This document shows, one piece after another, positions 10,277 through 20,129 of a DNA stretch of 64,000 bases. The translations under genes and the position numbers were made by a program. The DNA comes from Calditrichia bacterium. GTDB lineage: Bacteria; Calditrichota; Calditrichia; RBG-13-44-9; J075. The notes under the pieces were generated by a model. It was not told where the DNA came from. It made no database searches and worked only from the letters and a program-made list of their open reading frames with translations. Every line of letters begins with the position of its first letter. The stretch's first letter is position 1. The stretch covers positions 40,339 through 104,338 of the forward strand of contig JBOEGD010000027.1 of NCBI GenBank assembly GCA_050633245.1, written 5' to 3'.

Positions 10277-10651
10277 CTATGGTAGTTTCTTCTCTACCGG
10301 CGACGCTTTCTCCGGAATGGCTACGACTTCCTCGATCGTCTCTTCGGGTATCTCTTCAATAGAGACATTGCGTAGATTGTCCAATTCCTGACTAAGCTGA
10401 CGGTTTTTCAAGTTTAACTGTTTTATCTTCGAATTACTTTGAAGTACATTAAATGCCATAAAAACAGCACCAAGCACACCTCCCAAGGTCATCGATATAA
10501 CGATAACCGTAACCAGGTTTACCTGCTGAAACGTTTGTGTTAACAAATTGATTGTTACGTTCTGACCGGCATTAGAAACAAGAATGATAAGTGCCAACAC
10601 AAAAACAACCAGCTTCACAAAAGCCAGAGCAATTCGCATATTATATTCCAC
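10277..10651 (-). CDS. lapA: LapA family membrane protein
   Basis: Two TMs with N.Q.VTINL followed by a coiled coil; directly upstream of lapB. Confidence 0.8.
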   Translation of the reverse strand: MEYNMRIALAFVKLVVFVLALIILVSNAGQNVTINLLTQTFQQVNLVTVIVISMTLGGVLGAVFMAFNVLQSNSKIKQLNLKNRQLSQELDNLRNVSIEEIPEETIEEVVAIPEKASPVEKKLP

Positions 10652-10855
10652 TAATAAAAGTTTGCATCAAAGAAAGTAGTCCAAAAAGCGACTGAAATCA
10701 ATTCATTTTTCTGTCCGAGACGGGTTTATTATAGAAAAGTGATTCACTTGTTGAGACTTATTTTGCTGCCAATTTCAACCAGAAATATCTTTAAACGTTT
10801 ATTTTATTCTTCTCTTGTCGTATTTTCCTAACTCACCAATCAATAATGAGTTGCC

Positions 10856-11395
10856 ATGCTTCGCCAAAAACAGACAGCAATCGCCAAACATCTTAAACGA
10901 CTGAGAAGTAGTTGGCAGACCTATTTTTTGCCGGCGGTTGCAATCTATTCAGTCGCTCTACTCCATCTCTTTTACACCCGACCGCTGATTAAGGGCAATA
11001 TTTTGCCTTATCTGAACCACTTGGACATTGCCAGCTTCGCTATTGCGATTGGACTCACCTTTTTAATCTTCAGGCTAAAAAGAACCTACATCTCCAGCAA
11101 GTTTTTTCGTCAGGAAATTGCTTCTGCGCTCAAAAACAATCCGGACGCAGACGATTCGTACCTGACCAACGCGTTGTTTAAATCTCTCCGCAAGCAGCTT
11201 GGAAAGATGTGGCTTCTGGCCTTGTTAATCGTCGTGGATGGCGTTCTATTTTATTGGCTCACGTATAGCCCACAAAACAACATGCATATCTACTTTATTA
11301 TTGCCTGCTTTTCATTGGTACTCAATTACCCGCGCGAAGATACGTTTGCCGCCCTGCCCTTATGGATTGAAGAAACGCGGCGCGATAACGCTTAG
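10856..11395 (+). CDS. Hypothetical membrane protein (about 4 TM)
   Basis: 179-aa ORF filling the gap, with four hydrophobic segments. Confidence 0.7.
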   Translation: MLRQKQTAIAKHLKRLRSSWQTYFLPAVAIYSVALLHLFYTRPLIKGNILPYLNHLDIASFAIAIGLTFLIFRLKRTYISSKFFRQEIASALKNNPDADDSYLTNALFKSLRKQLGKMWLLALLIVVDGVLFYWLTYSPQNNMHIYFIIACFSLVLNYPREDTFAALPLWIEETRRDNA

Positions 11396-11437
11396 AGGAG
11401 CGATTTCAACATATAGACCCACGATGCACTGCCTGTC

Positions 11438-11746
11438 TCATATGTTAACTAAAATCATCCCGTCTTCAATCTTAACCGGATATGACTTTACACCAACCAC
11501 CGCTGGTAAGGTTAAGCTTTCTCCGGTTTTTATATCGAATAATGCTCCATGTTTGGGGCACTCAATTTTGCATTCTTCTACAATCTCACCTTCACCAAGT
11601 GAGGCAACATCATGAGAACACTCATCATCAATTGCGTAGTATCCATCATTTAATCGAAATAGTGCAATGCTATAACCTTCCACCTCGACAACCTCACATG
11701 GTCCGGAGAATGTCTCTACCGACATTACTTCAATCCAATCTGACAT
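11438..11746 (-). CDS. Rieske [2Fe-2S] ferredoxin (non-heme iron oxygenase ferredoxin type)
   Basis: CSH...CPKHGALFD Rieske motifs; GGAAGGA RBS. Confidence 0.93.
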   Translation of the reverse strand: MSDWIEVMSVETFSGPCEVVEVEGYSIALFRLNDGYYAIDDECSHDVASLGEGEIVEECKIECPKHGALFDIKTGESLTLPAVVGVKSYPVKIEDGMILVNI

Positions 11747-11939
11747 GCATTCCTTCCATCGAACACGCTATTGCACTACTTAGGTACAAAACAATACGCA
11801 CTCCGAAACAAATTAATCCGCGTTATATCAATTTTGATGAAAATAGAAATTTAACAACTTAATAGCAACACAGAACACAAAGGAGCGTGAGAAGCAGGTG
11901 TTAATGGGGTTTGATTGGGAATGTCGATGGAATGAGAGG

Positions 11940-11974
11940 AAAAAGCAGGCTCCGGCTTAGGAAACCGAAGCCCG
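11940..11974 (-). terminator. Probable rho-independent terminator after the desaturase gene
   Basis: Minus strand GGGCTTCGG-tttcctaag-CCGGAGCC followed by TGCTTTTT. Confidence 0.55.
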
Positions 11975-11985
11975 TAAAAAGTTCG

Positions 11986-13080
11986 CTAGGCGGCCAGCCC
12001 CTGAGTCTCTGGTTTACCCAAATCTTTGAGATGCTGATAGTGTGCCACAACCGCACTGCGAAATGTGGGGTAAGAGACGTACTGAACCTGAAAATCCTTG
12101 CAGGTGTTCTCAACAATCTTACTAATCGCCGGGTAATGCACGTGGCATACTTTGGGAAAGAGATGATGCTCAATCTGAAAATTCAGGCCACCACAATACC
12201 AGGCAGCAATTCTGCTTTTCGGAGCAAAATTAGCCGTTGTTTCAACCTCATGAATCGCCCACTCATTGTCGATCTCACCAGTCTCCGGATCTGGAACAGG
12301 AAAGTCATTGCCATCAACAAGGTGTGCAAGTTGAAAAATAACCGCCATTGTAAGTCCCAAAACCAAATGCGATACCACAAAAAAGGCGAGCACATTTAAC
12401 ACCGGGTGAAAGAACATTGGGATTACCAACATGTACGTAAAGTAGAAAACCTTGGTCGTAAAGAAGGAAAAAACTTCCATCTTGCTAAATTTCGGCAGCT
12501 TATAATCACCAATTTTTCCGGATAAGAATTTCTTTAGGTCACCTTCAATCACCCATCCCAGGGTCATAAAGCTATATAAGGCAAAGGCATATATGTGCTG
12601 ATATTTGTGAATCGGCTTCCAGGGACGATCCGGCGTAAAACGAAGCATGTCGACGGCATGCAAATCGTCATCTACTTCGCTAATATTGGTGTAGGTATGA
12701 TGAAGAATATTGTGTTTATGCTTCCAAAGCAGGGCATTTCCCCCGACAAGATCCAGAGTGAAACCCATAATCTTATTCAGCGTGTTGTTCTTCGAATAAC
12801 TGCCATGCGTGCCATCATGCATTATATTGAAGCCGACCAACACAAACCCCTGCGAAATTGCAATTCCATACAACACAGCCCACAGCAACGACGGTGTAGA
12901 AAAAAGGAACAAGAAGTAAGAACCAAGCAACCAGCTTAAGATCAGTGTCGTTTTCAATACCATTCGCCAGTCTGCGTTTTTCGAAATACCATTTTCCTCG
13001 AAATAGGCATTAACCCGATTTCTCACTTCCTTATGAAAGCCTACACGTCTTGGGAACGTAATTTTATTTTTCATGCTCAT
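11986..13080 (-). CDS. Membrane fatty-acid (acyl-CoA/acyl-lipid) desaturase, front-end type without cytochrome b5 domain
   Basis: His boxes HDGTH, HNILHH and QIEHH. Confidence 0.92.
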   Translation of the reverse strand: MSMKNKITFPRRVGFHKEVRNRVNAYFEENGISKNADWRMVLKTTLILSWLLGSYFLFLFSTPSLLWAVLYGIAISQGFVLVGFNIMHDGTHGSYSKNNTLNKIMGFTLDLVGGNALLWKHKHNILHHTYTNISEVDDDLHAVDMLRFTPDRPWKPIHKYQHIYAFALYSFMTLGWVIEGDLKKFLSGKIGDYKLPKFSKMEVFSFFTTKVFYFTYMLVIPMFFHPVLNVLAFFVVSHLVLGLTMAVIFQLAHLVDGNDFPVPDPETGEIDNEWAIHEVETTANFAPKSRIAAWYCGGLNFQIEHHLFPKVCHVHYPAISKIVENTCKDFQVQYVSYPTFRSAVVAHYQHLKDLGKPETQGLAA

Positions 13081-13261
13081 GATACTATTCCTTATAACTC
13101 ATAATGGAGTCGTTTTTGAGAGTTATCCCAAAATGGGGCCAATACCTCCCTGTCTAAACAGCCTGCATTTTTTAACACAATGCAGGTTTCACTTCCGTGT
13201 ATGGAAATCTAGGAGAAATTGAGGAATTACACTAAGGAAATAAAAGATTGTTGTGCTAACA

Positions 13262-13295
13262 ATAAAAACGCTCCGGCGCAGAAACACCGGAGCGT
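13262..13295 (-). terminator. Rho-independent terminator downstream of the bacilliredoxin/suf transcript
   Basis: ACGCTCCGG...CCGGAGCGT stem followed by TTTTATT on the minus strand. Confidence 0.75.
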
Positions 13296-13320
13296 GAAAG
13301 AAATAGTGCATCAAGTTAAC

Positions 13321-13860
13321 CTAACCATCAAAGCGTGGAATCTTTGAACCACAGGCACGGGCGTGATTCACCTGCTCATACTGCTCCGGTGTAATCGATG
13401 GACCAGAACGCTCACAGGTCTGATCGAATGCCTGAGTTAGTGCTGCAGCAAGATCTTCAGCACTTCGACCTTCAATATGGTGACGGTGAATGATAAAAAC
13501 CGGTTCACCATTCTTCAGCATGGCAATACATGGTGAGGATGGCGGGAAATCGCTGAGATAGCCTTCGCGAACACGGTTTACTGCTGCTTTATCCTGTCCG
13601 GCAAAAACCGTTACCATGCGATCCGGAATTTTGCTGTGCTGTAGCGCCTCACCGATTCCCGGTCGCGCACTTCCAGCGGCACAACCGCAAACGGAATTCA
13701 CCATGACCAGTACGTTTTCATCGTTTTTCTGCCCCAGCTTCGCATCGACATCTTCAGGGGTTAACATTTCTTCAAACCCAAAGGCCACGAGCTCGTCGCG
13801 CATAGGCTGAACGGCTTCGGGGTCGTAGGTTGGCTGTAGCCAATTTGGTTGATCGGACAT
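13321..13860 (-). CDS. BrxA/BrxB family bacilliredoxin
   Basis: VNSVCGCAAG..RP, TVFAGQD, PPSSP and RHHIEG motifs of the YphP/YqiW family. Confidence 0.92.
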   Translation of the reverse strand: MSDQPNWLQPTYDPEAVQPMRDELVAFGFEEMLTPEDVDAKLGQKNDENVLVMVNSVCGCAAGSARPGIGEALQHSKIPDRMVTVFAGQDKAAVNRVREGYLSDFPPSSPCIAMLKNGEPVFIIHRHHIEGRSAEDLAAALTQAFDQTCERSGPSITPEQYEQVNHARACGSKIPRFDG

Positions 13861-13886
13861 AGTGTCCTCCTATATTAAAAGCTATT

Positions 13887-13977
13887 AGAGTCGCACAATT
13901 GTGCGACGTTACTTACATTTGAGAAGTGATGCTTTACGTCTTTGTAAAGATGAGACGCGAAGCATCGCGTCTTTACC
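13887..13977. repeat. Cluster of REP-like palindromes
   Basis: Perfect 18-bp palindrome GTCGCACAATTGTGCGAC (13890-13907), AGACGCGA-agca-TCGCGTCT (13953-13972), and a degenerate copy near 13926-13943. Confidence 0.65.
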
Positions 13978-13989
13978 CAAAAAGAGTTT

Positions 13990-14310
13990 CTACATAAAGC
14001 CGAGTTCAAGCTTGGCCGCTTCGCTCATCATATCCATATTCCAGGGCGGATCCCATACGACATCTACTTTGGCATCAACAACATCTGCAGCACCGCGCGC
14101 CTTGTCTTCCACCTCGCCGGGCAAGGTTCCAGCTACCGGACAGGCAGGCGATGTCAGCGTCATTTTTATATAGACTTCCCCAGAATCTTCTACAAAAACA
14201 TCATAGATAAGACCCAGCTCGTAGATGTTGACCGGAATTTCCGGGTCGTAGCAGGTCTTTAACATATCTATAACGTCTTCTTTCATCTTCTCTTTATTTA
14301 AGTCACTCAT
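13990..14310 (-). CDS. sufT: SUF system Fe-S assembly protein, DUF59/SufT family
   Basis: DPEIPVNIYELGLIY, MTLTSPACP and WDPPW motifs. Confidence 0.92.
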   Translation of the reverse strand: MSDLNKEKMKEDVIDMLKTCYDPEIPVNIYELGLIYDVFVEDSGEVYIKMTLTSPACPVAGTLPGEVEDKARGAADVVDAKVDVVWDPPWNMDMMSEAAKLELGFM

Positions 14311-14756
14311 TCTTTACCCTGTTCTTCTTTCTTTAATGCATCCATAAAGGTATGCCAGGCCAGGCTGGCGCATTTTACACGTGTTGGAAACTCTCTTACA
14401 CCTGCAAGAACAGCCAGCTTACCCATCGTGTCAAAATCGATTTCAGTTTCTTTCTCTGAGGTAATCATGTCATGAAACTGTTCGAAAAGAGCTGTCGCAT
14501 CTTCAATAGACTTATTTTTTATAAGTGTCGTCATCAGGGAAGCAGATGCTTTTGAAATTGCGCACCCGGAGCCCTCAAAATGAACATCCTGAATCGTGCC
14601 ATCAGCAACATCCAGATAGACATCAACTTTATCGCCACATAGTGGATTAAACCCTTCCGAAAAATGCGTATGCGGATCGAGCTTACCAAAGTTTTTCGGG
14701 TTGCGATTGTGATCGAGAATCACCTGTTGATACAGTTCTTTCAGGTCATCCATCAT
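14307..14756 (-). CDS. sufU: SUF system NifU-family protein
   Basis: LYQQVILDH, NPLCGD, GCAISKASAS and RVKCA motifs. Confidence 0.93.
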   Translation of the reverse strand: MMDDLKELYQQVILDHNRNPKNFGKLDPHTHFSEGFNPLCGDKVDVYLDVADGTIQDVHFEGSGCAISKASASLMTTLIKNKSIEDATALFEQFHDMITSEKETEIDFDTMGKLAVLAGVREFPTRVKCASLAWHTFMDALKKEEQGKE

Positions 14757-16006
14757 CAGCTAAATACCTCTACAATATGTTTTAATCCGGCAACAAGTGC
14801 ATCCAGATCTTCGGTGTTGTTATAGACTCCTAACGAGGCCCTCGTTGTCGCCGGCAAACCATAGCGCTGCATTATAGGTTGCGTGCAGTGATGTCCGGTT
14901 CGAACGGCAACGCCTTCCTGATCCAGAAAAGTGCCGATATCGTGCGGATGCACATTATCCAGTACAAAAGACATTACTCCGACCTTCTTTGAAGCCGTGC
15001 CAATCATACGAAAGCCAGGTACTTCCAGCAGACGTTTTGTTCCATAATCCAACAGATGATCTTCCCATTCAGCAATACGATCCATGCCGATCTCAGCAAC
15101 ATAATCCAAAGCTGCCGCGAGTCCGATCGCACCGGCAATATTCGGTGTTCCCGCTTCAAAGCGCGTCGGCAATCCGCTATACGTCGTTTCTTCGAAACTT
15201 ACGGTGCGAATCATATCGCCGCCACCGCGATATGGCTTCATTTGCTCGAGTAATTCTTCTCGACCGTAAAGCACGCCAATACCGGTAGGACCATAAATTT
15301 TATGTCCTGAAAATGCCAGGAAATCACATTTAAGCGCCTGCACATCAATTGGCATGTGAACGACGGCCTGAGCGGCATCCAGCAATACAGGAATACTGCG
15401 TGAATGAGCCTGCCCAATGATCTCTTCAACCGGATTAATGGTTCCAAGTGAATTGGAGGCATAGACCAGGGAAACCAATTTGGTCTTTTCATTTAGTAAT
15501 TCCTGATATAGGGAAAGATCCAGTTCGCCATTGTCATTAATCGGCACAATGCGCAGCACCACTCCCCTCTCTTCAGCCATTAGCTGCCAGGGAACGATAT
15601 TCGCGTGGTGCTCCATCGTGCTGAGAATAACCTCATCACCGGATTTCAGGAAGGTCTTTCCAAAGGAACTTGCGACCAAATTAATGCTGTCTGTTGTTCC
15701 TGAAGTAAAGATAATTTCTTTGTCGGAGGACGCGTTAATAAAGCTGCGAACGCGCTTTCTGGCGGCTTCATATTTTGCCGTTGCGACTTCGCTGAGATAG
15801 TAAACGCCGCGATGAATATTGGCATTTTCTTCCTCGTAATACTGCCGAATCGTATCTATCACCTGATGCGGTTTCTGGCTGGAGGCCGCGCTATCCAAAA
15901 AGGCCAGTTGCTTACCGCGAACAGGCCTCTGCAGGATTGGAAATTGCTGCCTGATTGCAGCAATTTCTTCTTTGGTGAAAATAGATGGTGCTGTTTCAAC
16001 GGACAT
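14756..16006 (-). CDS. sufS: Cysteine desulfurase
   Basis: LDSAASSQKP, EHHAN, FSGHK (PLP Lys), RTGHHC. Confidence 0.96.
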   Translation of the reverse strand: MSVETAPSIFTKEEIAAIRQQFPILQRPVRGKQLAFLDSAASSQKPHQVIDTIRQYYEEENANIHRGVYYLSEVATAKYEAARKRVRSFINASSDKEIIFTSGTTDSINLVASSFGKTFLKSGDEVILSTMEHHANIVPWQLMAEERGVVLRIVPINDNGELDLSLYQELLNEKTKLVSLVYASNSLGTINPVEEIIGQAHSRSIPVLLDAAQAVVHMPIDVQALKCDFLAFSGHKIYGPTGIGVLYGREELLEQMKPYRGGGDMIRTVSFEETTYSGLPTRFEAGTPNIAGAIGLAAALDYVAEIGMDRIAEWEDHLLDYGTKRLLEVPGFRMIGTASKKVGVMSFVLDNVHPHDIGTFLDQEGVAVRTGHHCTQPIMQRYGLPATTRASLGVYNNTEDLDALVAGLKHIVEVFS

Positions 16007-16014
16007 TATATATC

Positions 16015-17337
16015 CTAAAGGTTAGCAAAACGTGCCAAAACTTTTTCGTCGAGACGATTTCGCACGCTTTCAATGCTTACATAATTAAAGACGTCGCTGG
16101 CAAAAGCATACTGAAGCTGTGCACGAGCCACCTCTTCGGGAATACCACGTGAACGAAGATAGAAAACGGCTTCTTCATCCATCTGTCCAACCGTTGCACC
16201 ATGACTGCACTTTACGTCATCGGCGTAGATTTCAAGCTGAGGTTTGGTATCGACACCGGCAGTATCGGTTAACAGCATCGCCTGGTTAGTTTGATAGGCA
16301 TTGGTTTTTTGTGCATCTTTACGAACAAACACCTTGCCATTGAACACACCGCGTGCTTTGCCACCCAGAACGCCTTTATAGAGCTCATTGCTCAGGCAGT
16401 TTGGCATAGCGTGATCAATAGTGGTATGGCTATCCATGTGCTGATTGCCGGTTCCCATGTAGAAGCCAATCAGATGTGCTTCGATGTCGCGTGCGCCCAG
16501 GCGAATGCCCAGGTTATTACGCACCAACCGGCTACCGAGATCGAAGTTCAGCAGTGAGAAGTTGCTGCTCTTTGCCAGTTCGGTCTGGAAATTACAGATA
16601 TGGAACGAATTGGTGTTTTCTTCCTGAATGCGAATATATTCAACATTTCCACCTTCAGCTACCACCGCTTCAGTTACCACATTATTAAAAACCGGTTTAT
16701 CACCAAGCGCATGAAACGTTTCCACAATCTTTATACGGCTGTTCGTTCCGGCAACCACCAAATTGCGCGGGTTATTGAACGTGCCTTCTTCGCGGGCATC
16801 ACTTAAATAAAGCAATTGCAGCGGGTTCTTTATATCGGCATTGTCGTCAACGATAATGACCGTTCCATCCTGTGTAAAAGCGGTGTTTAGCGCAGTAAAC
16901 GCTTCATCATCAAAAGACGCATAGTTAAACAGATGATCTTTCAGTGATGAATCATCATCGTGTAAACTCCTGCTAAGGTTTTTTACGGAAACGCCGTTTC
17001 CAAGGGATTCACAGCGAGAAAGCTCAGCACTATAGTGACCATTTACGAAGACTAAAACGTTTTCGTTAAAGTCATCATATGTAAACTGCGCAACATCCGC
17101 AGCAATCACTTTCCCCTCAACCCCCATCTCAAATTCTTCTTTCAGAAGCGGGGTCACATTAGTGTATTTCCACTCTTCGTGGCGATTTGACGGAAATCCG
17201 AGTGTATTAAAAGCTTCAAGCGCCTTCTTGCGGGTCTGATGCAGTTCACCGGCACGATTACCGTTTAGATTGGCCTCGAAGCCCGGAAAGCGTGAGAGAT
17301 ACCATTCTTTCTTTTCAGATGCTAATTTTGTATTCAT
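16015..17337 (-). CDS. sufD: Fe-S cluster assembly protein SufD
   Basis: EEWKYT, PQLEIYADDVKCSHGATVG, FYLRSRGI. Confidence 0.95.
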   Translation of the reverse strand: MNTKLASEKKEWYLSRFPGFEANLNGNRAGELHQTRKKALEAFNTLGFPSNRHEEWKYTNVTPLLKEEFEMGVEGKVIAADVAQFTYDDFNENVLVFVNGHYSAELSRCESLGNGVSVKNLSRSLHDDDSSLKDHLFNYASFDDEAFTALNTAFTQDGTVIIVDDNADIKNPLQLLYLSDAREEGTFNNPRNLVVAGTNSRIKIVETFHALGDKPVFNNVVTEAVVAEGGNVEYIRIQEENTNSFHICNFQTELAKSSNFSLLNFDLGSRLVRNNLGIRLGARDIEAHLIGFYMGTGNQHMDSHTTIDHAMPNCLSNELYKGVLGGKARGVFNGKVFVRKDAQKTNAYQTNQAMLLTDTAGVDTKPQLEIYADDVKCSHGATVGQMDEEAVFYLRSRGIPEEVARAQLQYAFASDVFNYVSIESVRNRLDEKVLARFANL

Positions 17338-17375
17338 AGTCAGTCTTTACCTGTTGCTTTGTGGTTTGAAGCTGC

Positions 17376-18134
17376 TTAAACCGCAGCTCCCTGCTCTTCG
17401 CGAATCCAGTCGTACCCTTCTTTTTCCAGCTTCACTGCGAGTTCTTTACCGCCGGAAGCAACGATTTTACCGTCTAGCAAGACGTGTACAAAATCAGGTT
17501 CGATGTAGTTCAACAGGCGTTGATAGTGAGTAATAACAACGAATGAGCGATCTTTATTACGCAGTTGATTTACGCCATTCGAGACAATTTTCAGCGCGTC
17601 AATATCCAATCCGGAGTCGGTCTCATCCATAATGGCCAATCGCGGCTCGAGCACTGCCATTTGAAAAATCTCGTTGCGCTTTTTCTCTCCACCTGAAAAT
17701 CCTTGATTGACTGCGCGAGTCAGAAACTTCTCATCCATTTCAACCAATTTCATTTTTTCTCGTACCATCTGCAGAAAGTCGATTGCATCAATTGAGTCTT
17801 CATTACGAGCTTTGCGAATTTCATTAACGGCAGTTTTCAAAAACGTCGCATTACTGACACCCGGAATTTCTACCGGATACTGGAATGCAAGAAAAACGCC
17901 GTTTTGAGCACGAGCTTCGGGACCCATTTCGAGCAGATCTTCGCCATCCAGCTCGACGGAACCAGCATCGACTTCATAATCTTCTCGTCCTGCGAGCACA
18001 TTAGCGAGCGTACTTTTACCAGAGCCGTTCGGACCCATTATCGCATGAACTTCACCTGGATTTACGGTCAGGTTAATTCCACGCAGGATTTCCTGATCTT
18101 CTATTGAGGCTTTTAAGTCTTTAATTTTTAACAT
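17376..18134 (-). CDS. sufC: Fe-S assembly ATPase SufC
   Basis: GPNGSGKST, FQYPVEIPGV, FSGGEKKRNE, DETDSGLD. Confidence 0.97.
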   Translation of the reverse strand: MLKIKDLKASIEDQEILRGINLTVNPGEVHAIMGPNGSGKSTLANVLAGREDYEVDAGSVELDGEDLLEMGPEARAQNGVFLAFQYPVEIPGVSNATFLKTAVNEIRKARNEDSIDAIDFLQMVREKMKLVEMDEKFLTRAVNQGFSGGEKKRNEIFQMAVLEPRLAIMDETDSGLDIDALKIVSNGVNQLRNKDRSFVVITHYQRLLNYIEPDFVHVLLDGKIVASGGKELAVKLEKEGYDWIREEQGAAV

Positions 18135-18151
18135 TTTGAGTTCCAGTATTA

Positions 18152-18182
18152 ATTGATCATTGATTATTGATCATTGACTATT
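18152..18182. repeat. Heptamer tandem repeat (ATTGA-TC/TT/CT) x4
   Basis: attgatc attgatt attgatc attgact in the sufB-sufC spacer; a second imperfect heptamer run lies at about 18271-18302. Confidence 0.75.
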
Positions 18183-18304
18183 AAAAAAATTATTTTCTAA
18201 TCCAGTTCATCATTGAGATTTTGTCTATACCTGTGTTATACCTTCTTTTTAAGAATGCTAAACACTCGTTAATTGTTCAATAGACAATTTTCAATTGGCA
18301 TTCG

Positions 18305-19750
18305 CTAGCCCACACTGCCTTCCAGGCTGATAGAAAGCAGTTTTTTAGCTTCTACAGCGAATTCCATTGGTAGTTCTTTGAGTACTTCGTCGGCATAACC
18401 GTTTACGATTAGTCCGATGGCGGTATCAATTTCCATACCGCGTTGCGCACAATAAAAAAGCTGATCTTCACCAATCTTGGAGGTCGTAGCCTCATGCTCA
18501 ACCTTCGCACTCGGATCCTTGATCTCAAGATACGGGAAGGTATGGGCACCACAGCGATCACCTATCAACAGGGAGTCGCACTGAGAAAAGTTTCTCGCGT
18601 TTGTGGCACCCGGATATACTTTTACAAGTCCACGATATGAGTTATCGGAACGCCCGGCAGAAATTCCTTTTGAGATGATTGTGCTCTTCGTGTTTTTTCC
18701 AACATGAATCATCTTCGTGCCAGTGTCGGCCTGCTGCATATTGTTGGTAACAGCGACAGAATAGAATTCGCCGATAGAATGATTTCCCTTTAGTATGACG
18801 CTCGGGTATTTCCAGGTGATTGCAGAACCGGTCTCGACCTGGGTCCAGCTAATCTTTGAGTTATCCCCCATGCAAATACCGCGTTTGGTAACAAAGTTGT
18901 AAATGCCACCCTTACCCTCTTCATCACCGGGATACCAGTTTTGCACGGTCGAATATTTAATTTGAGCATCTTTATGAGCAACAAGCTCAACAACGGCTGC
19001 GTGCAGCTGGTTTTCGTCGCGCATTGGAGCAGTACAGCCTTCCAGATAGCTGACATAAGAGCCTTCTTCGGCAACAATCAGGGTGCGTTCGAACTGCCCG
19101 GTGTTCATCGCATTAATTCGGAAATAAGTGGACAATTCCATAGGACAACGAACGCCTTTGGGAATGTAGCAAAACGAGCCGTCGCTAAAGACAGCCGAAT
19201 TCAGTGCAGCAAAAAAGTTGTCACCTTGCGGAACAACAGATCCCAGATACTTCTTTATCAACTCGGGATGATCTTGCACAGCTTCAGAGAAGGAACAGAA
19301 AATGACACCGTGTTTCTTTAACTCATCCTTAAATGTGGTAGCGACAGACACGCTATCCATTACCGCATCGACGGCCACACCGGTCAGCATTTTCTGCTCT
19401 TGCAAGGAAATGCCTAGTTTTTCAAAGGTCTCAAGCAGCTTGGGGTCCACCTCATCAAGGCTTTTTGGTGCCTCCTTAGTCTTGGGAGCCGCATAATAAT
19501 ACGCGTCTTGATAATCGATCTTCGGGTAATTAACGTTTGGCCATTCCGGCTCTTCCATCGTTAGCCACTTGCGATACGCCTTTAAGCGCCATTCAAGCAT
19601 CCACTCCGGCTCATTCTTTTTGGCCGAAATAAGACGAACGGTATCTTCGTTTAGCCCCTTGGGAGCCAACTCCGTGTCAATATCGGTCGTCCAACCGTGT
19701 TTGTATTCACTTTGTATCTGATCGTCAATAATTTGCTGTTCATTGCTCAT
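18305..19750 (-). CDS. sufB: Fe-S cluster assembly protein SufB
   Basis: [31 protein letters not shown]; start trimmed to ATG 19750. Confidence 0.97.
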   Translation of the reverse strand: MSNEQQIIDDQIQSEYKHGWTTDIDTELAPKGLNEDTVRLISAKKNEPEWMLEWRLKAYRKWLTMEEPEWPNVNYPKIDYQDAYYYAAPKTKEAPKSLDEVDPKLLETFEKLGISLQEQKMLTGVAVDAVMDSVSVATTFKDELKKHGVIFCSFSEAVQDHPELIKKYLGSVVPQGDNFFAALNSAVFSDGSFCYIPKGVRCPMELSTYFRINAMNTGQFERTLIVAEEGSYVSYLEGCTAPMRDENQLHAAVVELVAHKDAQIKYSTVQNWYPGDEEGKGGIYNFVTKRGICMGDNSKISWTQVETGSAITWKYPSVILKGNHSIGEFYSVAVTNNMQQADTGTKMIHVGKNTKSTIISKGISAGRSDNSYRGLVKVYPGATNARNFSQCDSLLIGDRCGAHTFPYLEIKDPSAKVEHEATTSKIGEDQLFYCAQRGMEIDTAIGLIVNGYADEVLKELPMEFAVEAKKLLSISLEGSVG

Positions 19751-19795
19751 TGCATCATCCAAGTTTAAATCTTTAGACTAAGTTGTGGTTTCGAT

Positions 19796-20086
19796 TTACG
19801 GTTCCAGATCAAATCTCTTATAGTTCAGTGCAATAAACTCTTCCCATTTGTCCGGCACATCTTCTTCAGGAAAAATCGCCTCAACCGGACACTCCGGCTC
19901 ACATGCACCACAATCGATACATTCTTCCGGATGGATGTAGAGCTGCTCGTTAATAGAGATCATTTTTTCCTTGTCCTCTTCGGTTAGGGACATATCTTTT
20001 GCCGGATAGATACAGTCTACCGGGCATACGTCGACACAAGCAGTGTCACAGGTTCCAACACAGGGTTCAGTTATAATGTAAGTCAT
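19796..20086 (-). CDS. Dicluster [4Fe-4S]/7Fe-type ferredoxin
   Basis: [18 protein letters not shown] and [12 protein letters not shown]; GGAGG RBS before ATG 20086. Confidence 0.93.
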   Translation of the reverse strand: MTYIITEPCVGTCDTACVDVCPVDCIYPAKDMSLTEEDKEKMISINEQLYIHPEECIDCGACEPECPVEAIFPEEDVPDKWEEFIALNYKRFDLEP

Positions 20087-20129
20087 GCATACCTCCAAAT
20101 ATATATTGTCAAAAATTACAAGCGTCTAT

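Noticed and set aside
11911-12399. 162-aa plus-strand ORF
   Set aside because: Antisense shadow of the desaturase, with no recognisable motifs.
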